Below, in pieces: positions 49,818 to 59,059 of a stretch of 64,000 nucleotides of DNA. Source of the stretch: an uncultured Chloroflexia bacterium (lineage in GTDB: Bacteria; Chloroflexota; Limnocylindria; Limnocylindrales; CSP1-4); the NCBI GenBank assembly GCA_963715295.1, contig CAVQRP010000012.1, forward strand, positions 17,792 through 81,791, read 5' to 3'. The position numbers and the translations under genes are program-made. Numbering within the stretch: the first letter of the stretch is position 1; the number at the start of each line of letters is the position of its first letter. The notes under the pieces are model-generated. The model saw only the letters and a list, made by a program, of their open reading frames with translations. It was not told where the DNA came from and searched no databases.

Positions 49818-51361
49818 GTCCACGGCGACTCCCTCCAGCCGCGATCGGGGTCGGTGCAGGGTGGCGCATCGGCGTCGGCCACGTCGGCGGCTCCCGTCGT
49901 GCGGGGCAGGTTCCAGACCCATCGAGCCACGGCGTCGACGCCACGCTCGGCTGCAGCGGCCCGCAAGGGCTGCGGGTCCCAGTCGCGATCGACCAGGTCC
50001 GTCCGCAGCCGCGCCGCGGTGAACTCCGGGTGCGACAGAAGCCAGGCATGGAATGGCAGCGTCGTCTGCACGCCGCCAGTCTCGAACTCGGCGACCGCCC
50101 GTCGGGCCCGTGCCAGCGCCGTGTCCCGGTCCGATGCCACCACCAGGACCTTTGCCAGCAGCGGGTCATAGTCGCCGGGCACCAGCCAGCCCTGCTCGAT
50201 GCCCGAATCGTTGCGGATGCCCGGCCCGCCCGGCTCGCGCCAGCGCGTCACCAGGCCGGGAACGGGCGCGAAATCGCGCGCGGGATCCTCGGCGCTGATG
50301 CGCAGCTCGATGGCGTGGAGGTCGGGGGCCGCGGCGCCATCGGCAGCCGCGAGCACGGCCGCGGACAGGGGCTCGCCGGCAGCGATGGCCAGCTGCTCTC
50401 GCACCAGGTCGAGGCCGGTGACGAGCTCGGTGACCCCGTGTTCGACCTGCAGACGAGCGTTGACCTCGAGGAAGTAGAAGGCACCGTCGGGCGCGTAGAG
50501 GAACTCGGCCGTGGCCGCATTGCGCAGCCCCACCGAACGGGCCACCGTCACCGCCAGCGCATGCAGTCGCTGGCGCTGCTCGCGTGTGAGGCCCGGGGCC
50601 GGTGCCTCCTCTACCAGCTTCTGGTGGCGACGCTGGGTCGAACAGTCGCGCTCACCCAGGGCCACGACCCGGCCCTGGCTGTCGCCGAGGAGCTGGACCT
50701 CGATGTGCCTGCCACCTTCGACAAGACGCTCCAGATACACGGAACCGTCACCGAAGGCCTGCTCCGACTCCCGCGCTGCGGCGGCGGCTGCGGTCACCAG
50801 CTCGGCCGGGTCGTCGACGCGCCGCATGCCCCTGCCACCGCCGCCGGCGGCGGCCTTGATGAGCAGGGGGAAGCCGATGTCGGCGGCGGCCGCCTCGATA
50901 GCGTCGGTGGCGCCATCGGCGGTCAGCGGAAGGGGGTCGAACATGCCCGGCACGATGGGCACCCCGGCAGCACTGGCTGTCGCCCGTGCCTCCAGCTTGT
51001 TACCGAGCGAGGCCAGCGTGACCGGCGCGGGGCCCACGAACACCAGGCCGGCCGCCTCCACGGCAGCGCCGAAGGCTGCCTGCTCGGAGAGGAACCCGTA
51101 TCCCGGATGGACGGCCTCGGCGCCGCTGGCGCGTGCCGCCTCCACGATGGCATCGCCGCGCAGATAGGACTCGACCGCCGGCGCCGGCCCCAGGCGAACC
51201 GCGTGGTCGGCGAGGCGGACGTGCAAGGCGTGTGCGTCAGCGTCGGAGTAGACGGCCACGGTCTCGATCCCGAGCTCGCGACAGGTGCGCAGGATGCGCA
51301 CTGCGATCTCACCGCGGTTGGCCACGAGCAGGCGGCGGAAGGGCCGGGTCACGTCGCTCAC
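49814..51361 (-). CDS. Biotin carboxylase subunit of an acyl-CoA (propionyl/acetyl-CoA) carboxylase
   Basis: LLVANRGEIAVRILR, LIKAAAGGGGRGMR and EVNARLQVEHGVTE. The GTG start is taken at 51361. Confidence 0.9.
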   Translation of the reverse strand: MSDVTRPFRRLLVANRGEIAVRILRTCRELGIETVAVYSDADAHALHVRLADHAVRLGPAPAVESYLRGDAIVEAARASGAEAVHPGYGFLSEQAAFGAAVEAAGLVFVGPAPVTLASLGNKLEARATASAAGVPIVPGMFDPLPLTADGATDAIEAAAADIGFPLLIKAAAGGGGRGMRRVDDPAELVTAAAAAARESEQAFGDGSVYLERLVEGGRHIEVQLLGDSQGRVVALGERDCSTQRRHQKLVEEAPAPGLTREQRQRLHALAVTVARSVGLRNAATAEFLYAPDGAFYFLEVNARLQVEHGVTELVTGLDLVREQLAIAAGEPLSAAVLAAADGAAAPDLHAIELRISAEDPARDFAPVPGLVTRWREPGGPGIRNDSGIEQGWLVPGDYDPLLAKVLVVASDRDTALARARRAVAEFETGGVQTTLPFHAWLLSHPEFTAARLRTDLVDRDWDPQPLRAAAAERGVDAVARWVWNLPRTTGAADVADADAPPCTDPDRGWRESPWT

Positions 51362-51401
51362 GAGTTCCGGGCCACGCGCTCGTCTTTGTGCAAAGACAGC
51401 C

Positions 51402-52955
51402 TCACAGCGGGATGTTGCCGTGCTTGCGGCGCGGGTTCTCATCGCGCTTGCCCTGCAGCATCTCGAAGGCCGCGATGACTCGTGGTCGCGTCTCGGAGGG
51501 AGCGATGACGTCGTCCAGGTAGCCGCGTCCGGCAGCCACGTAGGGGTTGGCGAAGCGTTCCTCGTACTCGTGCGTCAGCCGCGCCAGCTCGGCCTCGCGA
51601 TCGTCGGCACCGGCCAGCTCGTCCCGGAAGATGATCTTGACCGCACCTTCCACGCCCATGACCGCGATGCGGGCGGTGGGCCAGGCGAGATTGACGTCGC
51701 CACGGACGTGCTTGGAGCTCATGACGTCGTAGGCGCCGCCGTAGGCCTTGCGGGTGATGACGGTCACCTTGGGCACGGTGGCCTCGCAGTAGGCGTACAG
51801 CAGCTTGGCGCCATGGCGGATGATGCCGCCGTGCTCCTGAGCCACGCCGGGCAGGAACCCGGGCACGTCCTCGATCGTCAGCAGCGGCACGTTGAAGGCG
51901 TCGCAGGTGCGCACGAAGCGGGCTGCCTTGTCGGAGGCGTCGATGTCCAGCGCGCCCGCCAGCACCGCCGGCTGCTGTGCCACCACCCCCACCGAGCGCC
52001 CATCGAGACGCGCGAAGCCGATGATGATGTTGGCCGCCCACGCCGGCTGCAGCTCCAGGAACTCGCCGTCATCGACGATGTGGTCGATGACCTCGTGCAT
52101 GTCGTATGGCTGCGAGGGTGACTCGGGGATGATCGAGTCCAGCGCCGCGTCTTGCCGATCGCGCGCGTCGGTGGTGGCCCGGCACGGCGCGGTGGTGGTG
52201 TTGTTCTGCGGCAGGTGGCCCAGGAGCCGGCGCGCAGTGGCCAGCAGGGCGCCTTCGTCAGGCGCGGCGTAGTGGGCGACGCCGCTGATGGCAGTGTGGA
52301 CCGAGGCCCCGCCGAGGTGTTCGAAGTCGACTTCCTCGTGCGTGACCGTGCGCACCACGTCGGGCCCGGTGACGAACATGTAGCTGGTGCCTTCTACCAT
52401 CAAGGTGAAGTCGGTGATAGCCGGCGAGTAGACGGCACCGCCCGCGCAGGGACCCATGACCAGCGAGATCTGGGGGACGACGCCAGAGGCCATGACGTTG
52501 CGCAGGAAGATATCGGCGTAGCCGCCCAGCGAGACGACACCCTCCTGGATGCGCGCGCCGCCCGAATCATTGAGGCCGATGACGGGGGCACCGACCTTCA
52601 TGGCCAGGTCCATGACCTTGCAGATCTTCTCCGCGTGCGCCTCGGAGAGCGAGCCGCCGAAGACGGTGAAGTCCTGGCTGAAGACGAAGACGAGGCGGCC
52701 GTCGATGGAGCCGTGCCCGGTGACCACGCCATCGCCCAGGATGCGCTGCTCCGCCAACCCGAAATCGTTGGAGCGATGGGTCACGAAGGCATCGAACTCG
52801 ACGAAGCTGTCCGCGTCGAGCAGCAGCTCCAGCCGCTCTCGGGCCGTGAGCTTGCCCTTCTCATGCTGCTTGTCGATGCGGGCCTGGCCGCCGCCGAGGC
52901 GCGATGCGGCTCGAAGCTCATGCAGGCGCTCGATCTGCGCCCGGTTGTCGGTCAC
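51402..52955 (-). CDS. pccB: Acyl-CoA carboxylase carboxyltransferase (beta) subunit, propionyl-CoA carboxylase type
   Basis: [27 protein letters not shown] and [14 protein letters not shown]. The GTG at 52955 is preceded by GGGAGGGAG. Confidence 0.9.
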   Translation of the reverse strand: MTDNRAQIERLHELRAASRLGGGQARIDKQHEKGKLTARERLELLLDADSFVEFDAFVTHRSNDFGLAEQRILGDGVVTGHGSIDGRLVFVFSQDFTVFGGSLSEAHAEKICKVMDLAMKVGAPVIGLNDSGGARIQEGVVSLGGYADIFLRNVMASGVVPQISLVMGPCAGGAVYSPAITDFTLMVEGTSYMFVTGPDVVRTVTHEEVDFEHLGGASVHTAISGVAHYAAPDEGALLATARRLLGHLPQNNTTTAPCRATTDARDRQDAALDSIIPESPSQPYDMHEVIDHIVDDGEFLELQPAWAANIIIGFARLDGRSVGVVAQQPAVLAGALDIDASDKAARFVRTCDAFNVPLLTIEDVPGFLPGVAQEHGGIIRHGAKLLYAYCEATVPKVTVITRKAYGGAYDVMSSKHVRGDVNLAWPTARIAVMGVEGAVKIIFRDELAGADDREAELARLTHEYEERFANPYVAAGRGYLDDVIAPSETRPRVIAAFEMLQGKRDENPRRKHGNIPL

Positions 52956-53070
52956 TCGGGGTCTCCCTCCCGGTCCTCGTCTGCCCCCACGGCGTGGCGT
53001 GGAGCGAATCCTACTGCCAGTGCAGGGCCGGCGAACGGGCGCCCGGTTCGTCCCCTGCCCCAGCCAATGT

Positions 53071-53100
53071 CGTCTCCACGCGTCTTCACGTGTCTCCACG
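53071..53100. repeat. Three tandem 10-mers CGTCTCCACG / CGTCTTCACG / TGTCTCCACG upstream of parA
   Basis: Read directly from the sequence, about 100 nt upstream of the parA start. The unit resembles a parS half-site (GTTTCACG). Confidence 0.6.
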
Positions 53101-53116
53101 CCTGTCGAGCGCAGGT

Positions 53117-53144
53117 GGTGCGTCGACGCACCGTTTGGTAGATT
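53117..53144 (+). promoter_or_regulatory. Perfect 16-bp palindrome GGTGCGTCGACGCACC abutting an extended -10 (TGgTAGATT) upstream of parA
   Basis: The palindrome spans 53117-53132, with TG-n-TAGATT at 53136-53144. TGCAGGC TGCAGGC heptamer repeats follow. Confidence 0.4.
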
Positions 53145-53198
53145 GCAGGCTGCAGGCTGCGGCGATCACCGACGCCGCACAGCCCAGCGGAGGACGCG

Positions 53199-53969
53199 TT
53201 GGCACGCATCATCTCGATCGCGAACCAGAAAGGTGGCGTGGGCAAGACGACCACGTCCATCAACCTCGGCGGAGCGCTGGCTGAGCTGGGCCACCGCGTC
53301 CTGTGCGTGGACATGGACCCCCAGGCCAACCTCAGCGTGGGCCTCGGCCTGAACGCGCGTGACATCGAGGTCTCCATCGCCAACGTGCTGCTCGATCCGT
53401 CGCTCACCCTCGAGGACATCGTGGAGCAGACCGGGACGCCGAACGTCGACGTCGTGCCCTCAGACATCGACCTCTCGGCCACGGAGAACCAGCTCTTCAG
53501 CACCATCGGCCGCGAGCATGCGCTGCGCGAGGTGCTGCACGGCTGGGCCGAGAAGCAGTACGACTACATCCTCGTGGATTGCCCGCCTACGCTGGGCCTG
53601 CTGACCATCAATGCGCTCGTCGCCAGCGATGGCGTCATCATCCCGGTGCAGACGCAGTACTACTCGCTCAAGGGGTTCCGCGCGCTCGCCAACCTCGTGA
53701 CGCAGATCCAGGGCAAGGGTCTCAACTCGCGCCTGCGCATCCTCGGCATCCTGCCGACCTTCTACGACAGCCGCACCAACCTCGCCAAGGACATGCTCGC
53801 GGAGCTGAGCGAACTGGGGGATTACCACGTCTTCGACACCATCGTGAAGCAGACCGTCCGCCTGGGGGAAGCGCCGCTCGCGGGCAAACCCGTGACGTCA
53901 TACGCCAGCCGCTCGACCGCCGCCACGGCGTATCGGGAGCTGGCGCAGGAGGTGATCGACCTTGGCTAG
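53199..53969 (+). CDS. parA: ParA/Soj family partition ATPase
   Basis: Deviant Walker A NQKGGVGKTTT. TTG start preceded by GGAGGA. Confidence 0.9.
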   Translation: MARIISIANQKGGVGKTTTSINLGGALAELGHRVLCVDMDPQANLSVGLGLNARDIEVSIANVLLDPSLTLEDIVEQTGTPNVDVVPSDIDLSATENQLFSTIGREHALREVLHGWAEKQYDYILVDCPPTLGLLTINALVASDGVIIPVQTQYYSLKGFRALANLVTQIQGKGLNSRLRILGILPTFYDSRTNLAKDMLAELSELGDYHVFDTIVKQTVRLGEAPLAGKPVTSYASRSTAATAYRELAQEVIDLG

Positions 53970-55026
53970 ACCGGATTTCCGATCGCAGGCCGCAGCGCGT
54001 TTGGCACACGAGCGCACCGAGTACACGCCCGCCCTCATCGACCTGCTGAAGCCGGCGGACCCGGGCAGCACGACGGATGTTCGCCGCCTACCCGTCGATC
54101 GTGTCTTCTCCAACCCCAGCCAGCCGCGCCAGCATTTCGATGAGGACGCCCTGCAGGACCTGGCCGCGTCCATCCGCGAGCACGGCGTACTGCAGCCGGT
54201 GCTGGTGCGCCCGCGGGCCGATGGCGACTACCAGATCATCGCCGGCGAGCGCCGCTGGCGGGCATCGAAGATCGCCGGTCTCAGGCTGATCCCCGTCATC
54301 GTCGAGCACATCGACGATGAAGCAGCGCTGGAGATCGCCATCATCGAGAACCTGCAGCGCGAGGACATCTCACCGCTTGAAGAGGCCGAGATGTTCGAGC
54401 GCATGACGCGCGACCATGGCTACAGCCTGCGCAAGCTGGCCACCAAGCTGGGCAAGGACAAGGGCTACCTGGAGAACCGCCTGCGCCTGGCCGACGCCCC
54501 GCCTGAGATCCGCGAGCTGGTCGCGGTCCGCCGCGACACCCTCTCGCATGCGTATGAGCTGATGAAGGTCGACGACCCCAGGAAGCGTCGCCGCCTCGCC
54601 AAGCAGGTGGCCTCCGGCGAGCTCAGCCTGGTCAAGCTCAAGCAGCGCATCGAGGGCAGGCCCAGGACGGAGCCGACAGCGGAGCCGCACGAGGCGGAGC
54701 CGGAGCCCCAGATCGAACTGGTGGCGATCCCCATCCAGCCCGACGGTCCAGCGGTCGATGCGGTCTCCATCGACGTCGCCAGTGAACACCTCTCGGCGGC
54801 CGTCCGCGAGCTGGCCGAGGCGCTGATGACCGATGTGGCATTGGGCGAAGCCTCGTCCAGCGAGCGGCAGCAGTTCGCCAAGTACCTGACGCTGGCCAAG
54901 ATCAAGCTGGAGAACGCCATCGCCGTGGTGCGGGCCGGTGACGCCCACGAGCACCCGAGCCCCATCGGGAGCGGCAGCCTCGCCAGCCAGATCGCCGTGG
55001 GCGCGGGCGGGGAGCCACGCGACTAG
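53962..55026 (+). CDS. parB: ParB/Spo0J family partition protein
   Basis: NPSQPRQHFDEDALQDLAASIREHGVLQPVLVR and the IIAGERRWRASK (GERRxRA box), followed by an HTH region. It overlaps the parA stop. Confidence 0.85.
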   Translation: MARPDFRSQAAARLAHERTEYTPALIDLLKPADPGSTTDVRRLPVDRVFSNPSQPRQHFDEDALQDLAASIREHGVLQPVLVRPRADGDYQIIAGERRWRASKIAGLRLIPVIVEHIDDEAALEIAIIENLQREDISPLEEAEMFERMTRDHGYSLRKLATKLGKDKGYLENRLRLADAPPEIRELVAVRRDTLSHAYELMKVDDPRKRRRLAKQVASGELSLVKLKQRIEGRPRTEPTAEPHEAEPEPQIELVAIPIQPDGPAVDAVSIDVASEHLSAAVRELAEALMTDVALGEASSSERQQFAKYLTLAKIKLENAIAVVRAGDAHEHPSPIGSGSLASQIAVGAGGEPRD

Positions 55027-55069
55027 CGGCAGGGGGCCCGCTCCCGGTACTCGGCGACAGTCGGCGACG

Positions 55070-55549
55070 ATGATGATCCCGATGGAGCTGGTCTACCTGC
55101 TCATCGCCGTGGGCCTGGGCGCGCTGGCCTACCGCTACGTCACCGGCCGCGGTGGGGTGGAGATCCTGCGACCCGACTACGCGCGGCTGCCGGCGAGCGG
55201 GAAGACCAGCGTGCGTGAACACGAGCTCCGCTGGAAGACCGTCGACGACCACTCGTTCGTGGCCGCCTGGCAACTGGATGACGGCCACCTGGTCACGCTG
55301 CAGGTCGTCTTCGACGGACGCGATGAAGAGGAGCCCGACCTGGGGCGGATGGACGTCAGCATCGGACGGCGGCGAGTGGCGACCAATATCGGCTGGACCG
55401 AGAAGATCCGCGACCGCACCCTGAGGGCGGACGTGGAGGCCGCACTCAAGTCCCTGGCCCATGAGGCGAAGCGGGCGCGTTCGGACTCGGTACGGGTCGC
55501 GGCGGCCAAGCCGGTAGGCGACGATCGCGAAGGCTCCGACCGGCAGTAG
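55070..55549 (+). CDS. Hypothetical membrane-anchored protein
   Basis: Internal ATG (MMIPMELVYLLIAVGLGALAY) of ORF 54938..55549. It has one N-terminal TM, and I recognise no family. Confidence 0.6.
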   Translation: MMIPMELVYLLIAVGLGALAYRYVTGRGGVEILRPDYARLPASGKTSVREHELRWKTVDDHSFVAAWQLDDGHLVTLQVVFDGRDEEEPDLGRMDVSIGRRRVATNIGWTEKIRDRTLRADVEAALKSLAHEAKRARSDSVRVAAAKPVGDDREGSDRQ

Positions 55550-55569
55550 CGGTATCTGCGGTGCCCGTA

Positions 55570-55613
55570 GGCTGGTCGGCTGCGTCGGCTGTGTCGGCTG
55601 TGTCGGATGCCCG
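55570..55613. repeat. Tandem 9-mer GGCTGYGTC, 4-5 copies
   Basis: The sequence reads ggctggtc ggctgcgtc ggctgtgtc ggctgtgtc ggatgcccg. Confidence 0.8.
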
Positions 55614-55628
55614 AGTCCGTGTTGCTGG

Positions 55629-55708
55629 CCACCGCCGCAGTGCTACCCACCGCGGCAGTGCTACCGCCGCCCGCAGTGCCACCCACCGCCGCAGGGCTAC
55701 CCACCGCC
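55629..55708. repeat. Tandem 18-mer CCACCGCCGCAGTGCTAC, 4.4 copies
   Basis: Units at 55629, 55647, 55665 and 55683, plus a partial unit at 55701. Each unit has 1-5 substitutions. Confidence 0.85.
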
Positions 55709-55768
55709 TGAATGAACCAGCAGAGCAAGCGGGGCCTCTACCCGCCGCCCGAATGAACCAGCAGAGCA
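55704..55768. repeat. 24-bp direct repeat CCGCCYGAATGAACCAGCAGAGCA, 2 copies 41 bp apart
   Basis: Copies at 55704-55727 and 55745-55768, 23/24 identical. Confidence 0.8.
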
Positions 55769-55887
55769 CGCCGCAAAGCATTGCCGATGCACCCATGGGG
55801 CGCATCAAGTGACGGACCCTCGGCCGTCCCACGCGCCGGGCGGGTCAACCAACAGCGAGGCCAGGGTCCTGCCACTCGAGGAACGTC

Positions 55888-56032
55888 GACTCACCCGCCT
55901 GGCGGGTCGCCAGGAGCGGCACGGGTCGCCAGGAGCCCGTTGGGTCGCTCAGGAGCGCGACGGGTCGCCAGGAGCCCCTTGGGTCGCTCAGGAGCGCGAC
56001 GACTCACCCGCCCGTTGGGTCGCTCACGAACC
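55888..56032. repeat. Array of 19/20-bp units GGGTCGC(T)CAGGAGCnnnnn (5 full plus 1 partial) bracketed by GACTCACCCGCC
   Basis: Units at 55904, 55923, 55942, 55962 and 55981, with a partial unit at 56017 that overlaps the UbiA stop. A 39-bp super-unit is repeated twice. The bracket motif occurs at 55888 and 56001. Confidence 0.85.
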
Positions 56033-56806
56033 GGCGAGTGTCGCTACCCAGATGACGGCGAGCATCGCCAATGCTGCAGCCGCCAGCGTCCAGCCGAGGT
56101 CGCTGGCCGCCGTGCGCGGAGCGATCGAGAACAGCGCCCCGGACACGGCCATGGCGGTAGCAAGGGAGGTGGCTACCAGCACTCCCGTCGACAGCGGCCC
56201 AAGCAGCGCCAGGCCGAGCCACGCCAGCGCCCAGACGGCGAGGTCAAGGCCGAGCAGGACTCGGCCGCTGCGCTGCCGCCCCAGTCGGATGGCGAGGCTG
56301 ATGGTGCCGCTCTCACGGTCGGTGTCAGCGTCGGCCATGCTGTTCGCGAGGTGGACGGCGGGGCCGGCCAGGGCGGCCAATGGCAACAGCAGCTCAGCGT
56401 GGGGCGGCAGCGTCCCTGCCGCAGCCAGCCAGACCCAGGCCAGCAGCGACGGCAGGGCGATGGCAAAGGTGAGCCAGGCCAGTCCGGCGCGCCGGGCCAC
56501 GAGGTCGTAGGCGTAGCCGCAGCCAGCTCCGACGGCACCGGCCGCGAGGACGGCCCAACCGAACGAGGCCGAGACCAGCAGACCGACCGCGCCTCCGATC
56601 ACGGCGATCGCGGCGACGGTGCGACGCGAGATGGCGCCCGCCGGGATGGGCTTGTCAGGCTGGGCAAGACGGTCACGCTCGGCGTCCAGCAGGTCGTTCA
56701 GGGCGCCGATCGATACCTGGAACCCGAACATGCCGGCCGCCAGAAGCAGGCTCACCGAGCGGTCAGCACCGGCGACCGCAGCCAGCACAGCCGCTGCCAC
56801 GGCCAC
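56024..56806 (-). CDS. UbiA-family aromatic prenyltransferase (N-terminus probably longer than the GTG-initiated ORF)
   Basis: Multi-TM protein with the Asp-rich motif NDLLDAERD and a second motif ADADTDRE. The upstream in-frame sequence RWRTLRALLVLHPVPSLL looks like part of the protein. Confidence 0.8.
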   Translation of the reverse strand: MAVAAAVLAAVAGADRSVSLLLAAGMFGFQVSIGALNDLLDAERDRLAQPDKPIPAGAISRRTVAAIAVIGGAVGLLVSASFGWAVLAAGAVGAGCGYAYDLVARRAGLAWLTFAIALPSLLAWVWLAAAGTLPPHAELLLPLAALAGPAVHLANSMADADTDRESGTISLAIRLGRQRSGRVLLGLDLAVWALAWLGLALLGPLSTGVLVATSLATAMAVSGALFSIAPRTAASDLGWTLAAAALAMLAVIWVATLAGS

Positions 56807-56880
56807 CAGCAGCGACGGGACCGGGTGAAGGACGAGGAGTGCGCGCAGGGTTCGCCAACGAGGCGGCGGCGCTGGTGCGT

Positions 56881-57246
56881 TCAGATGTAGACGACGTTCT
56901 CGAAACCGTCGACCAGGAAGTCGATCTCCTGTTCCCGTGCCTTGGGCGACTGTGACCGCAAGCCCGGCACCAGGAAGTGCAGCGAGATGGCCGGCACCAT
57001 CAGTTCGCCACCGGCCGTGCGGCCGATGGTCGCGGGCGCCCCTCCCCCGGCGGTGAAGACCCGCTCGATGCCCGTGTCATCGAGCCCCGTGGCCGTGCGG
57101 AATTCGGCCAGCACGTCGAGCACACCGTGGCGGATGGACATGTCGCGCATGAACTCGATCATCCAGGCGTCGAGCTGCTCATCGGGCTGCTCGCCGAGAC
57201 GTTCACGGTAGACCTTGGGATCTTCGGACAGGCCCTCAGACGACAA
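56881..57246 (-). CDS. Hypothetical 121-aa protein
   Basis: This is the 3' part of the chimeric ORF 56881..58368. TTG start preceded by AAGGAG-n6. GC3 is high. Sequence is [49 protein letters not shown]...[13 protein letters not shown] recognise no family. Confidence 0.55.
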   Translation of the reverse strand: MSSEGLSEDPKVYRERLGEQPDEQLDAWMIEFMRDMSIRHGVLDVLAEFRTATGLDDTGIERVFTAGGGAPATIGRTAGGELMVPAISLHFLVPGLRSQSPKAREQEIDFLVDGFENVVYI

Positions 57247-57387
57247 ACCGGGCTCCTTCGGACGTGGGTGGCTCGCGGGGAATGGTAGCGCGACGGCGCG
57301 CGACGGGCCGGGCCCGGCTGTCGTCATGGCCCCGTGACCTGGCGCGATTACCATCACTCTATGTTCCTCTTCCGACGATCCTCCACC

Positions 57388-58038
<651 letters not shown>

Positions 58039-58528
58039 CCCTTCCGCCGCAGCCCACCGTCGTCCCGATCCGTCTGGCCCGCACTCATCGCGGTCGGCGA
58101 CTACTTCGACCACCATGAGCCACTGGGCCGCAGATAGGGGCATAGCCGCGTCCACGTCCAGCTCCGGTGTCCGTCGCTGAAGCCCATGCCTGAACGCAGG
58201 GCGTGGGTGAAAGAGGCCCGGAAGGATGTCTGCGCACCAGGCAGCCTGCGGTACCCCATCGCGAAGGCGCCGGCCGAGCGTCCTGTTTGGCGGCCCAAGC
58301 AGTGGTAGCGCCTGCGCAGCCATGACGGAGCAGACGCCTCTGGTGGTGGTGCCCCAGGTCGGTACCAAAGGCCGCCGACTCGCGGTACGGGTGGCTAGCC
58401 GGTGCGGACGCCTGCGGTGCGGTCGTGGTCCAGTCGGCCCCAGCGCGAAGGCCTAATGGCACGGTGGTGGGGAGAACGTACACCGTGCCAGGTTCGTTGG
58501 TACCACTTCGCAGAAGGAGCGAACGCAC

Positions 58529-58918
58529 ATGCGTCTCTTCGTTACCGTACTGCTGGCCAGCGCACTATCCGTCGCGTCTGTCGGCGCTACCGTCCAACCC
58601 GCCGCGGCCGGATGGGAGGATGGCTGGTTCAGCTTCCCGGGTTCCACGTCCAGCAAGTCCCGAACCTTCTACGAGCGCAGCCCAGGCGCGACCACCGTCG
58701 TCCTCGCGATCCAGAAGAAGGCGGGGCGAGAGCGGTGCCGAGCTCAGGTCATCGTGAAGAAGGGCGGCTATGTGTGGAAGTCGCGGTACATCTACAAGTA
58801 CACGCGGACCCAGGCGCGCGGCTACTACGGCACCATCAGCTGGCCCAACCGCGTCACGCGCACCACCGTCACCGTCAAGACCAACGGGCACTGCATCTAC
58901 AAGGTCGGGGCCAGGTAG
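58529..58918 (+). CDS. Small secreted basic Lys/Tyr-rich protein, unknown function
   Basis: GAAGGAG SD 9 nt upstream. Signal peptide MRLFVTVLLASALSVASVGATVQPAAA, two Cys, and a strong terminator downstream. Confidence 0.75.
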   Translation: MRLFVTVLLASALSVASVGATVQPAAAGWEDGWFSFPGSTSSKSRTFYERSPGATTVVLAIQKKAGRERCRAQVIVKKGGYVWKSRYIYKYTRTQARGYYGTISWPNRVTRTTVTVKTNGHCIYKVGAR

Positions 58919-58945
58919 CCGTCTTGCCTTCGGTGATCGAGCATC

Positions 58946-58980
58946 AGAGGCCCGCCCGAGAGGGCGGGCCTCTTCTGGTT
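58946..58980 (+). terminator. Rho-independent terminator
   Basis: AGAGGCCCGCCC-gaga-GGGCGGGCCTCT (12-bp stem) followed by the T-rich TCTGGTT. Confidence 0.6.
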
Positions 58981-59059
58981 GCGGCAAGGCTCCGGTCGGT
59001 CGCTGCTGATCGCCCCGGTCGTGCCTGGTTCCCCTGGGGTCGGGCGGGGTGAAGCTCGA

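Noticed and set aside
55518-55715. Cys-rich repetitive peptide frame (…GCVGCVGCVGCPSPCCWPPPQCYPPRQCYRRPQCHPPPQGYPPPE*) as a RiPP-like or metallothionein-like gene.
   Set aside because: The frame has no ATG, GTG or TTG between the preceding stop and the repeat. The periodic peptide is an automatic consequence of 9- and 18-nt DNA repeats, and the other frames look equally repetitive.
55570-56032. CRISPR array.
   Set aside because: The repeats are directly adjacent tandem units of 9-24 bp with no unique spacers. Four unrelated families are present, and there are no cas genes in the window.
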